A DNA stretch of 64,000 nucleotides from an uncultured archaeon (GCA_964508365.1 CAZDTP010000007.1:1-64000), one strand, 5' to 3'; shown: positions 9,952 to 19,279, counted from the stretch's first letter. Numbers and translations are program-made. The notes: a model not told the origin generated them from the letters alone.

Positions 9952-10455
9952 CTATAATTGGACATCAAATTTGAATAAAGTATTTAAATTCATATTTTCT
10001 AATCTTTTTTTATATTGTAGAATTGAAGGATCTATGTTTCCATTAAAATTTCTTATTACAGATTCGAACTTATAATAAAAATCTTCCATAATTTGATGTA
10101 AAATTACTCTCTCTACTTGTAAATTGGTTTTTTTCGAAATTCCGATCACTGATAATCTACCTCTCCTTTCATACAAAATTCGACTCTCTTTAAAATTCAC
10201 TTCTTGAATTTCATCGTTTATTGATTCAGGTTTAATCTCACTCATAAAAAGATTAAGCGCATTAAGAAAGCCACTTATCAAATCGTCATGAGAAGAAAAT
10301 TTAGCGTTGCGCGTATATTTTTTGCTAAGCAGTAAAGAACCTGTTATATTGTCTAAGAAGTAAATAGCATGGAAACGATTATCGTCTGAATTAATTCTTT
10401 CTATATTAAATCCATAAGTTTTTTCTAAATTTGTATTAATCCATTTGTATGACAT
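9952..10455 (-). CDS. Stand-alone longin-like (adaptin sigma/mu-N-like) domain protein
   Basis: AIYFLDNITGSLLLSK beta-hairpin, DDLISGFLNALNLF helix, then IQEVNF..SRILY..GRLSVIGIS strands, the typical Asgard longin pattern. Confidence 0.7.
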   Translation of the reverse strand: MSYKWINTNLEKTYGFNIERINSDDNRFHAIYFLDNITGSLLLSKKYTRNAKFSSHDDLISGFLNALNLFMSEIKPESINDEIQEVNFKESRILYERRGRLSVIGISKKTNLQVERVILHQIMEDFYYKFESVIRNFNGNIDPSILQYKKRLENMNLNTLFKFDVQL

Positions 10456-10699
10456 CTTTCGACTACTTTCTTACCTAATACTATTCCTACTAAAAAATGA
10501 AATCAATTACGATTTAAAATGTAAATATTATCTTAGTGACATCTAAATAGTTTTCTGAGCTAGCAGAAGCTTGATCTAATTACGTTTAATTGAGTAGTAT
10601 CAATTTAAATATTAGATATACTTTTCAAAAAAAAACTAAAAATTTAAAATAAAATCATTTTATTATTAGACATATACTCTTCTAATCACATTTTAATTT

Positions 10700-11176
10700 T
10701 TGATGAAAATGGGTGCAAATAACAACTACGGAAAACAAAAAAATAAAATTTCGGTTGGTAAAATCTTATCAAGAGAAGATTTCAATTCCACTATTTTCCC
10801 AGAAGATGTTAAAGCAGAAATAAACGAAGCTCCTTATTACTTGCTAATTTTCATTTCTCGCGAAGATTCAATAAAAATTAGCTGCTTTCCTACTAATACG
10901 AGTGATATAAAAAAAATTCTTATTAAGTTAATTGAGTTCTCGCCCGATCTTGTAAAGGGAATATCGACCGTACTTAACGAACTTAACTTAAGTAAAGACA
11001 TCCTGCATACTACGGGAATTTGTTATGAGCTGGAAAATTGCTTCTACGAGACCTATCTGTTAGGAGGCACTCTAAAATCGGGGTTCATGTCTATAGACGC
11101 TATAAAAGAAAAATTCCTCGCAATTGAGAAAATCGTCAATGTCGTAATAGAAGATATACCAATCCATAACGAGTAG
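10700..11176 (+). CDS. Hypothetical protein, C-terminal half possibly ACT-like
   Basis: Coding-like composition; beta-alpha-beta-beta pattern IKKILIKL..PDLVKGISTVLNELNL..ILHTTGIC..CFYETY. The fold is inferred. Confidence 0.6.
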   Translation: MMKMGANNNYGKQKNKISVGKILSREDFNSTIFPEDVKAEINEAPYYLLIFISREDSIKISCFPTNTSDIKKILIKLIEFSPDLVKGISTVLNELNLSKDILHTTGICYELENCFYETYLLGGTLKSGFMSIDAIKEKFLAIEKIVNVVIEDIPIHNE

Positions 11177-11188
11177 ACTTCTCAGAAA

Positions 11189-11395
11189 ATGAGCGATAAA
11201 AAAATACCCCCTCCCCCAACCTTACCCCCTTCTTTTGCAGTATCAGATAATTTCTGTCTGTTTCATAAAGGGGAGTTGTCAGAAGATATTTATACTTGTC
11301 CTAAGTGTAAAACAATTTATTGCCTAGAATGCGCAAAAAAAGCTCAGGCTGATAGGAAATCGTGTATTAAATGTAAACAGATAATTTTATTATAG
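11189..11395 (+). CDS. Small Cys-rich zinc-finger protein (RING/TFIIH p44 C1-like)
   Basis: CxxH-x10-CxxC-x4-CxxC-x9-CxxC spacing after a Pro-rich N-terminus; ATG 12 nt after the upstream stop. Confidence 0.75.
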   Translation: MSDKKIPPPPTLPPSFAVSDNFCLFHKGELSEDIYTCPKCKTIYCLECAKKAQADRKSCIKCKQIILL

Positions 11396-11398
11396 GGT

Positions 11399-11815
11399 TT
11401 AAATATGCTCCTCCTCAAGTGAACTAGATTTTATTGAACTCAAACTACGCCACGCCTTCCAAAAAATTAACCACAATATGATAAATATAAATATAGTTGT
11501 CGCAAAAGTGTAACCTCCAATAAATAGATCTCCAATAATTAAAAACGGAATACCCGCACTCGCAAATCCTATCAAATAACCATATCCCCAATACCGGTTA
11601 ACTAAGGCTATTATTACTCCCGGAATCATCGTCGTGAATATAATTGAAAGAAACGCTAAAACCTCAATTGAGCGAGGAGCATCTTGTATGAACGTCATAT
11701 TTACCCAAGAAGCTACAAAACCAATTATTACGAACGAAAAAGTCCAAACATTTAAACTTAAATCTTTCTCAGCCTTATCTCCTTCGTTTTGATGTGATTT
11801 TGTTTTTTTTTTCAT
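11399..11815 (-). CDS. Hypothetical membrane protein (about 4 TM)
   Basis: Four hydrophobic segments. Start placed at ATG 11815 (MKKKTK), since the upstream 44 codons look like AT-rich filler. Confidence 0.7.
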   Translation of the reverse strand: MKKKTKSHQNEGDKAEKDLSLNVWTFSFVIIGFVASWVNMTFIQDAPRSIEVLAFLSIIFTTMIPGVIIALVNRYWGYGYLIGFASAGIPFLIIGDLFIGGYTFATTIFIFIILWLIFWKAWRSLSSIKSSSLEEEHI

Positions 11816-12095
11816 CAATGTTACTCTTCTTATCATAATTAAAAAAAATCCTTTAAAGTTGCTAAAGATAATTCTCATTATCAAAAATAATTGACGATTA
11901 AATAACTGGAAACTAGGAAAATTTATTCGGAAAAGCGTGAAGCTCAATAAATCTCGACAAAAGTATTAAAATAGTGACAATTCTTTTAAATAAGACTAAA
12001 GATATTAGTACTATAAGATAAAAATTTATATGTGTAAAACATATAATAATCGTTGAAGATAAAAATTTAAATGTAAAGCAATACAAATTCACAAA

Positions 12096-12249
12096 AAATA
12101 AAATAGGGATTTTACCTAAAATGACACCTAAAATGACTCCTGCCCCGCCCTGGATTTTTGTCTTTTGGTAGTGTGTAATACACACTCATTTCGCCCTCCT
12201 CCCCCTATTTTATTTCTGACCTTATTATTAGGTCTTGGTGGCAGGAGTC
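12096..12249. ncRNA. Candidate structured RNA or cis-regulatory element
   Basis: Perfect 13-bp IR (12096-12108/12203-12215), perfect 10-bp GC-rich IR (12135-12144/12240-12249), hairpins 12170-12186 and 12218-12234. About 47% GC over 12135-12249 by hand count, within very AT-rich flanks. Confidence 0.4.
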
Positions 12250-12513
12250 TCCCTTTACATTTGAATTTTAATAAGTATCGCTATAAATCATCCTTCAATC
12301 AGATTTTGTCAGTTTTATGAGTTGCGTAACGAGAAAATTCTGATCTAGAAAAAACAAAAGAAAAATATTAAGCTATAATTGTAAAGCAAAGCAATTCTTT
12401 TTTATGAGTTAATACTTAAAATACTATTACTTTTCGTATAAAATTAAAATACAATAATGTTTTACTTAAACAAATTGTTAATTAAACAAAATGATTCTTA
12501 AAAATTAACGAAA

Positions 12514-14223
12514 TTGATACTTATGACAGAAGATATTATAAGACGGACAACGAGTATTTGCCCAGAATGCTTACAAACCATTCCAGCGGACATCTATGTT
12601 GATCCAGAAACTAATTGGGTCATGATGAGAAAAGATTGCAAAGAACACGGACACTTTAAAGACAAGCTTTCCATTGATCCCGAAGAATACAAATGGGGCG
12701 AGACTTTCACAGACGACATAGGATCTACAGTTGATAACTCTACACAACCTCAGTACACTAGTTCAGGAATAAAGGAGTGTAATGAAGGCTGTCCATACGA
12801 TTGTGGCCTCTGTGAAAATCATAAAAGCGCCCCTAACATTTGTCTAATCGATATAACAAATCGCTGCAATTTAACCTGTCCAATTTGTTTTGCCAACGCA
12901 AGTGCAAAAGGTTATGTAGTAGAACCCACATTTAATCAGATAGTGCAAATAATGGAGCACTTCAGGTCCATGAAACCTGTTGCAGCTGTTATGCTCCAAA
13001 TATCTGGTGGAGAACCTACAATTAGAGATGACCTTCCAGACATTATCCGTAGCGGAAAAGAACTCGGTTTCACTGAAGTTATGGTCACAACGAACGGTGT
13101 AAGGTTCGCGAAGTCGATTGATTTTTTACAGAAGTGCAAAGACGCAGGAATGGATGCTATTTATTTACAATTTGATGCTACAGACGATCCAGAAGTTTGG
13201 AAAAAGATTCGTGGTGTTAATCTATGGCCATTAAAGAAGCGCGTTATTGAAAATTGTCGAAAAATCGGTTATTTCGGTTTAATGTTAGTTCCTGTAATTG
13301 CGAAAGGCGTTAACGACCACGAAATAGGTAATATTTTAGATTTTGCGAGAGATAATACCGATGTAGTTTCAGGTGTGGTATTTCAACCAGTCGCGCTTTG
13401 TGGGCGGATTAGCTTTGAAGAACTAATGGATTTAAGATACACAACTTCAGATCTTAAAGTAGCAATTAATAATCACACTAATAATGCAATTAAAAAATTC
13501 TATCCTATCGCAACCACGGCTAAAATGACCCGTTTATTAGCGTGGTTCGATAACATGCCGGAATTTAGTATGACCAGCCACAAGGATTGTGGTTTCGCAA
13601 CAATAATAATTGTCAATGACAAGAACGAATGGGAGGCTATTGAAGAGTATTTTGATTCAGAAGGTCTAATTCGATGGTCAAACAAGGTTTATGACATGGT
13701 TCAAGGGAAAGAAATCCCAAAACCCACAGGGTTTTTAAAAGGTATACATCTTGAAGATTTTGGAGCAATTGCGGGCACTGTAGGAAAATTCATCGACGAT
13801 ATGACCGATTTAGGATATCGGCAAATGATGAAAGCTTATTATTTTGCGGGAGCAATTAAGTACGTAAAACATCCAGAAAAAGTCTTAACTAGTAAAACTT
13901 ATCAAGGATTTGCGCGACTTATCGCATCCCCGAACTTAGCAAGTGCCGCGAACTTTTTACATTCAAAAAACCTGATGATTTCGGCCATGCATTTTCAGGA
14001 CGCATACAACTTCGATTTGGACAGAGTTTGTCGATGCTTAGTCCATTACGGTGTAGTAGATCCTGACGATAACACAAAAACGCTTGAGGTTCCATTTTGT
14101 GCTATGAATACGCTACACAGAGAAAGACTTGAGCTTGCGAACGCCATTAAAGGCGAAGAAGCAAAAAAAGCAGAAGTTATTCAAGCTGAAATTAAGGAGC
14201 TTTTAGAAACCGTAAAAGAATAA
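12514..14223 (+). CDS. tes: Tetraether lipid synthase Tes / GDGT-MAS (MJ0619-like) radical SAM enzyme
   Basis: N-terminal CPEC...CKEHG metal site, GCPYDCGLC cluster, NRCNLTCPIC SAM motif, SHKDCG, MHFQDAYNFDLDRVCRCLVHY and PFCAMN. Confidence 0.85.
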   Translation: MILMTEDIIRRTTSICPECLQTIPADIYVDPETNWVMMRKDCKEHGHFKDKLSIDPEEYKWGETFTDDIGSTVDNSTQPQYTSSGIKECNEGCPYDCGLCENHKSAPNICLIDITNRCNLTCPICFANASAKGYVVEPTFNQIVQIMEHFRSMKPVAAVMLQISGGEPTIRDDLPDIIRSGKELGFTEVMVTTNGVRFAKSIDFLQKCKDAGMDAIYLQFDATDDPEVWKKIRGVNLWPLKKRVIENCRKIGYFGLMLVPVIAKGVNDHEIGNILDFARDNTDVVSGVVFQPVALCGRISFEELMDLRYTTSDLKVAINNHTNNAIKKFYPIATTAKMTRLLAWFDNMPEFSMTSHKDCGFATIIIVNDKNEWEAIEEYFDSEGLIRWSNKVYDMVQGKEIPKPTGFLKGIHLEDFGAIAGTVGKFIDDMTDLGYRQMMKAYYFAGAIKYVKHPEKVLTSKTYQGFARLIASPNLASAANFLHSKNLMISAMHFQDAYNFDLDRVCRCLVHYGVVDPDDNTKTLEVPFCAMNTLHRERLELANAIKGEEAKKAEVIQAEIKELLETVKE

Positions 14224-14368
14224 TCGTTCTTTTAAATTTTTATCTTGTTTTATATCTTATTTTTTCTTCATTTTTAAAGAAAGTAAAGAATTGAGTACTA
14301 ACAGATAGTATTTAAATTCAGACTCTTATTTATTAGATATATTAAGAAGTAGATATTTTTCGGATTTT

Positions 14369-14956
14369 ATGGTAGACAATACGGAGATTATTGGGGAATA
14401 TCGGGGAATAGTCAAAAACAGAGTGTTAACTGCGTTATTACAGTCCTATATGGATAACTTAGATTATGATGGAATGAAGTCAATTTTAAAAGAAGCAGGA
14501 CTGTTAGAACTGAAAGATATACGAGATGTAGATCCCGAGGGAGAGATAGACTTTTTTTCGTTTAAAAAGATAATTTCTGCTCAAAATTGTTTACTTTACG
14601 ATTCAACCGATTTATTATCTGAAATTGGTAGAAAGTTCTCATTTTATTTGTTCCCTTTTGGAAAGATTTTTGAGGAAATTGTCGATGATATAAATAACTT
14701 GATTATTACTAACTGGCAAGTTAAGATCGTGGAAAATAGCGCGGAGACCGTTATTATTCGAGTTGATAAATGTATTTTTTGTTCTGAGATTGGCGTTTCT
14801 TGTGAATTATTCAAAGGATTTTTAATTCATTCTTTGGAGAAGAGTTTATCTTCCAATTATAGGGTAATACCCATTGAAACAAAGGAAAATATTAATAATC
14901 CTAATCATAATTCTTTTATTTTGAAATTAAGAATTGAGAAAATATTTTTATCTTAA
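14369..14956 (+). CDS. V4R (4-vinyl reductase) domain protein
   Basis: IIRVDKCIFC...SCELFKGFL V4R Cys pattern with the N-terminal GMKSILKEAGL helix. Confidence 0.7.
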   Translation: MVDNTEIIGEYRGIVKNRVLTALLQSYMDNLDYDGMKSILKEAGLLELKDIRDVDPEGEIDFFSFKKIISAQNCLLYDSTDLLSEIGRKFSFYLFPFGKIFEEIVDDINNLIITNWQVKIVENSAETVIIRVDKCIFCSEIGVSCELFKGFLIHSLEKSLSSNYRVIPIETKENINNPNHNSFILKLRIEKIFLS

Positions 14957-15045
14957 AATAACGAAAGCTTAAATATATCAAAAATCAAAATACTTTTTGT
15001 ATTATTTAATCAAAAGTAAAAATCAGAAATTAATTACTATTAAAA

Positions 15046-15609
15046 TTGCCAAGAGAAGAGATTTCCACAGAAATTAAGGAATATGTATTCAAGATTACAA
15101 TTCTCGGACAAAGTGCAGTAGGTAAAACTTCATTAATTAATCAATTTGTAGAAAGCTCGTTTCAAGAAGACTATAAACCAACACTCGGTGCAAATATAAT
15201 CCGAAAAGATGTTAACATAGAAGAAGTTAACGCTAAAGTTCGATTAATAATGTGGGACTTAGCAGGCCAGGAGAAATATAATGTAATACGAAGCATGTAT
15301 TTCCAAGGATGTGTTGGGAGTCTATTCGTGTATGATGTCACTCGTCACGATAGCTTTGCTGCGATTGAATCTAAATGGCTTAAAGATTTTAAAAACTATG
15401 TGAAAAAAGAGGGTGCTTACATTTTAATTGGCAATAAAATCGATTTAGAAGACCAAAGATCGGTGAGAAATGAAGATGGCCAAAAATTAGCTAAGGAGAT
15501 CGGAGCTAGTTCTTTTATTGAAACCAGTGCTAAATTAGGAAAAAATGTAGAAAAGGCCTTCAAGAACTTGGTATATCAAATTTTACGGAATTATGGAGAA
15601 AAAATTTAA
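15046..15609 (+). CDS. Rab-like small GTPase
   Basis: G1 GQSAVGKT, G2 YKPTLG, G3 WDLAGQE, G4 NKID, G5 TSAK; no C-terminal Cys. Confidence 0.95.
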   Translation: MPREEISTEIKEYVFKITILGQSAVGKTSLINQFVESSFQEDYKPTLGANIIRKDVNIEEVNAKVRLIMWDLAGQEKYNVIRSMYFQGCVGSLFVYDVTRHDSFAAIESKWLKDFKNYVKKEGAYILIGNKIDLEDQRSVRNEDGQKLAKEIGASSFIETSAKLGKNVEKAFKNLVYQILRNYGEKI

Positions 15610-15686
15610 TCATTCTTTACAATTCAAATTTCTCTCGTTTCGCTTTATATAATTTTATTAATAACCTCTCAAACCTTTTTATATAA

Positions 15687-16847
15687 GTGGTAAAGATGAA
15701 AGAATTAGCAATAAAAGTAAAAGACGCTCCAAGATCAAAAATACGCGAGCTTTTCGACCTTGCTGCAGGGAGATCCGATGTAATTAGCTTAGGTATTGGA
15801 CAACCTGATTTTTTAACCCCTCAGCCTGCTATAGAAGGAAATATTGAAGCGTTAAATAAAAATATCACCTATTATGCACCAACTAGAGGAATTCCCGAGT
15901 TATTAGAACAACTGGAGCTAAAATTGAAAACTGTAAATGGAATTGAGACTTCCTGGAGGGATAATATAATTCTAACAAATGGAGGCTCGCAAGCTCTTAA
16001 TCTTACTTTTGCTTCAATATTTAATCCTGGCGATGAACTTATATTATCTTCTCCAAATTTTATCTCGTATTTTTATTTAGCTACTTTTTTTGATGTGAAA
16101 GTAATTGAAGTAGAGAGAAGGAGTAATTTCGGACCAGACATCGATAAAATGAAGAACTCCATTACAGATAAAACTAAGGCTATTTTAATTAATTCACCTA
16201 ACAATCCGACTGGTTATTCACTAAACAAAAGAGAACTGGATGAAATCGTAGATATGGTTAAACAAAACGATTTGTACTTAATCTCAGATGAAGTTTACGA
16301 GAACTACCTCTACGACGACGCTCAGCATACTAGTCCCGCATCCCTTAAAGATATGTTTAACCGAACGATTACAATCAATGCAATGTCAAAATTATATTCA
16401 GCTACGGGATTTAGGTTAGGTTATATCGCAGCTAAAAAGGAAATTATTGATATTATGGAAAAATATCATCAATATACTGCAGCCGGCACAAATCATGCGG
16501 CTCAATATGGATTTTTAAGGGCTTTGCAGATGGATTCAAGCTTTTTCGAAGAAATTTTAGTGAGTTTTGACGAGAGGCGTTTATTAGCTTTTAATCGATT
16601 GAGCGAAATGGGATTCGAAGTTGTTAAGCCAAATGGAGCGTTCTATATTATGCCTAAAATTGCCAAGTTTGGCCTTACCGGAGCGGAATTCTCGAATCGA
16701 ATTATGAAAGAACGAGCGGTAGCAATAGTTCCGGGCAATGTTTTTGGTTCTTACTCTGATACTATGCTGCGGATGTCATATGCAACAAAAATAGAAAAAC
16801 TTATAGAAGCTATGGATAGGATAGAGAAGTTTATTAGTAGTATTTAG
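15687..16847 (+). CDS. PLP-dependent aminotransferase class I/II (aspartate aminotransferase-like)
   Basis: GIGQPDF, NSPNNPTG, SDEVY, SKLYSATGFRLG. Confidence 0.92.
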   Translation: MVKMKELAIKVKDAPRSKIRELFDLAAGRSDVISLGIGQPDFLTPQPAIEGNIEALNKNITYYAPTRGIPELLEQLELKLKTVNGIETSWRDNIILTNGGSQALNLTFASIFNPGDELILSSPNFISYFYLATFFDVKVIEVERRSNFGPDIDKMKNSITDKTKAILINSPNNPTGYSLNKRELDEIVDMVKQNDLYLISDEVYENYLYDDAQHTSPASLKDMFNRTITINAMSKLYSATGFRLGYIAAKKEIIDIMEKYHQYTAAGTNHAAQYGFLRALQMDSSFFEEILVSFDERRLLAFNRLSEMGFEVVKPNGAFYIMPKIAKFGLTGAEFSNRIMKERAVAIVPGNVFGSYSDTMLRMSYATKIEKLIEAMDRIEKFISSI

Positions 16848-16850
16848 AAA

Positions 16851-18044
16851 TCAAACTAAAATATTCTCAGGAAGATAAGTTTGTAAAATTGCGTTTGTTA
16901 AATGTTCTATTGCTTCAAAAATCTTTTCTATCTCAATAAATTCGTCTGTTTTATGTATATCCGCCGGATTTCCTGGTCCATAGATTACAAACGGTATTTT
17001 CGAATCAATCTTGTCAATATTAGCTAAATACACAGCATCTGTAGCGTAGGGTAACCCTATTATTTCCTGTTTAGAGATGTTATGCAAGTTCTGAACGAAA
17101 GGATGATTAAGATCTGTAAAAAGGGCTGGAAGTTGTTTTAACACTTGTAATTCAATCGATAAATCATCTTTCTGAAGGATTTTCAATTTTTGAAGCAATT
17201 CTGCCTGATCTTGTTCGGGAATTAATCTATAATCAAGATCTATTGTAACTTGATCTGGAACAATATTTATAGCAGTACCTCCAACAATTTTTCCAATGTT
17301 TAACGTTGATTTTCCTAGTATAGCATTTTGTTTTTCTTCTAAGACTTCATAGAGATGAGGTATAATTTTCATGGTTTTTTCAATCGCGTTTATTCCTTCT
17401 TCTGGCATTGAACCATGAGATGCTTTTCCAGTTGTTTTCAATTTTACCCACATCAATCCTTTTTCCCCTATCCCTATCTTTAGATTTGTGGGTTCAGCGA
17501 CTATGAGTAATTTGGCGTCTTTCATGTATCCTTGATTTGCAAGGGTAGAAGAGCCAACCATTCCTTCTTCTTCGTCAGCGGTTCCTAAGAACATGACCGT
17601 ATATTTTTCCAGAAATTTTGGAATTTTGCTTAAGATTTTTATTACGCCTATTAAGAACGCTATTCCACCCTTCATATCCGCTGAACCACGACCGTACATT
17701 ATTCCATCTTTAACTTCAGCGGAGAAAGGGGGAAATTTCCATTGGGTTGTATCCCCTACGGGTATCACGTCAAAATGACCTGACAAGACAATCATGTCTT
17801 TTCCTTTACCTATCTTAGATACAAGATTATGAAGCGTTACTCCATCTTTATTGTTGGTTACAATCTGGTTTTGATAGCCTTCTTCTTCTTTGAACACATT
17901 TAAAATTAAATAGTCCACTATATCTTTAGTAATACCCGGCGGGTTCTCTGAGGGAATCTGAACGATATTCTTTAAAATTGATAGGGTTTCTTCTTTTAAT
18001 TGTTTCGTGAGTCGCATAGTTAAACTCAGTTTACAATATCTCAA
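16851..18044 (-). CDS. M20 family metallo-hydrolase (ArgE/DapE-like)
   Basis: SGHFDV, GRGSADMKGG, DEEEG, EPT, HKTDE. Confidence 0.92.
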   Translation of the reverse strand: MRYCKLSLTMRLTKQLKEETLSILKNIVQIPSENPPGITKDIVDYLILNVFKEEEGYQNQIVTNNKDGVTLHNLVSKIGKGKDMIVLSGHFDVIPVGDTTQWKFPPFSAEVKDGIMYGRGSADMKGGIAFLIGVIKILSKIPKFLEKYTVMFLGTADEEEGMVGSSTLANQGYMKDAKLLIVAEPTNLKIGIGEKGLMWVKLKTTGKASHGSMPEEGINAIEKTMKIIPHLYEVLEEKQNAILGKSTLNIGKIVGGTAINIVPDQVTIDLDYRLIPEQDQAELLQKLKILQKDDLSIELQVLKQLPALFTDLNHPFVQNLHNISKQEIIGLPYATDAVYLANIDKIDSKIPFVIYGPGNPADIHKTDEFIEIEKIFEAIEHLTNAILQTYLPENILV

Positions 18045-18070
18045 ATTTTATTTTTTAAAGAAAAAAAAAA

Positions 18071-19279
18071 TTATACATAATCCACTTCAAAAGGAGTTTT
18101 AGGAAGAACTTCTGCACCATTTTTCGTAACCAATGTTGGTGATTCTAACCTTAAGCCTCCAAGTCCTGGACGGTTGAAAACTACAGCAGCTATCTCAACC
18201 ATGTTCTCTTCAAAAATCATGGGACCCCATTCTTTCCCTGGTACGACTACTGGCCATGATTCGTTTCCTATGAGACCAATCCCATGACCTAAACCGAAGA
18301 ATAAATCGTTAGCGTATCCTTCTTTATCAGCTACTTTTCTAACTGCTTGGTAACACTCTTCAAATGTAGTTCCAGGATACATGGTATCAATAAGTGCGTA
18401 ACATAATTGTTCGTAAACATCGTTAAATTTTTTAAGCTCAGAAGGACAATGTCCAAGAATATAATTATGGCTTAAATCACCTAAATAGCATCCATATTCG
18501 CTGTGCAAATCTACGAGTAAAGATTCTCCTTCTTTTACTTCTTTGTTAGTAGCAGGGGTGCACCCATTAAACGTATAACTCGCGCGGTACCCTGAACCTA
18601 TTTCTTGGCTTCCAGTGAATGTCCATTCATAATTACTACCTGCTTTTCTCATTGCAAGGGTTCCAATACCTGCAATCTCGTTCTCGGTAAAGATTTTTCT
18701 CTCAGATCGTTCGATTAACGCATTTTTCACCGCTAACTGGCCAATATCAGTGATTTCGCTCGCTTTCCTTAACATCGCAATTTCTTCGGGTTCTTTAATA
18801 AATTGAATTCTCTCAGTCTTCTCATTGAAATCGACAAATTCACATCCAGGAAAATTTTGCTTAAGTAATTCTGCTTCCGTATAAGATAACATTTGTCCCG
18901 TAACACAAATATCCAAACCCAGTTCTACTCCAATTCGAGGAGGAGGTCCTTTTGGATTGTATAACCCCGCTTTTTTTGCGGCTGATTGAATTTTTTTCTC
19001 CCAGAAGAATCCTTTCATTGGGCCCCAACCACTCACATTTTTTAAGTGACCCTCCGCTTTGACCCGTTCTACATCTAAAAGGACAGTAAATAGTGAAGGT
19101 TCACCAGCTCCCTCTTTCGGTAAAAAAATCGCACTTTTCCAAGGAACAAAACATCCCGTTAAATAGGTAATTGACTTAACTCGAGTAAGAACACAAAAAT
19201 CTAAATTAAGTTCTTCCATTGCTGCTTGATATTTTTTTACGTGTCCTTCCCAATTTATCTCAATTTCACTCATTTTCAT
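18071..19279 (-). CDS. M24 Xaa-Pro peptidase/creatinase-fold protein
   Basis: Creatinase N-domain, FIKEPEEI, DLHSEYGCYLGD, GHGIGL, RLES. Confidence 0.85.
   Translation of the reverse strand: MKMSEIEINWEGHVKKYQAAMEELNLDFCVLTRVKSITYLTGCFVPWKSAIFLPKEGAGEPSLFTVLLDVERVKAEGHLKNVSGWGPMKGFFWEKKIQSAAKKAGLYNPKGPPPRIGVELGLDICVTGQMLSYTEAELLKQNFPGCEFVDFNEKTERIQFIKEPEEIAMLRKASEITDIGQLAVKNALIERSERKIFTENEIAGIGTLAMRKAGSNYEWTFTGSQEIGSGYRASYTFNGCTPATNKEVKEGESLLVDLHSEYGCYLGDLSHNYILGHCPSELKKFNDVYEQLCYALIDTMYPGTTFEECYQAVRKVADKEGYANDLFFGLGHGIGLIGNESWPVVVPGKEWGPMIFEENMVEIAAVVFNRPGLGGLRLESPTLVTKNGAEVLPKTPFEVDYV

Noticed and set aside
11913-12185. 90-aa hydrophobic ORF
   Set aside because: The hydrophobicity is expected from an antisense reading of A-rich DNA. 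Its GTG start lacks an SD in frame and it overlaps the structured element; left uncalled.
12096-12249. tRNA, SECIS, cobalamin/Moco riboswitch or CRISPR leader
   Set aside because: No TTCRA T-loop or cloverleaf, no adjacent UGA-containing selenoprotein, the riboswitch consensus blocks are absent, and there is no repeat-spacer array.
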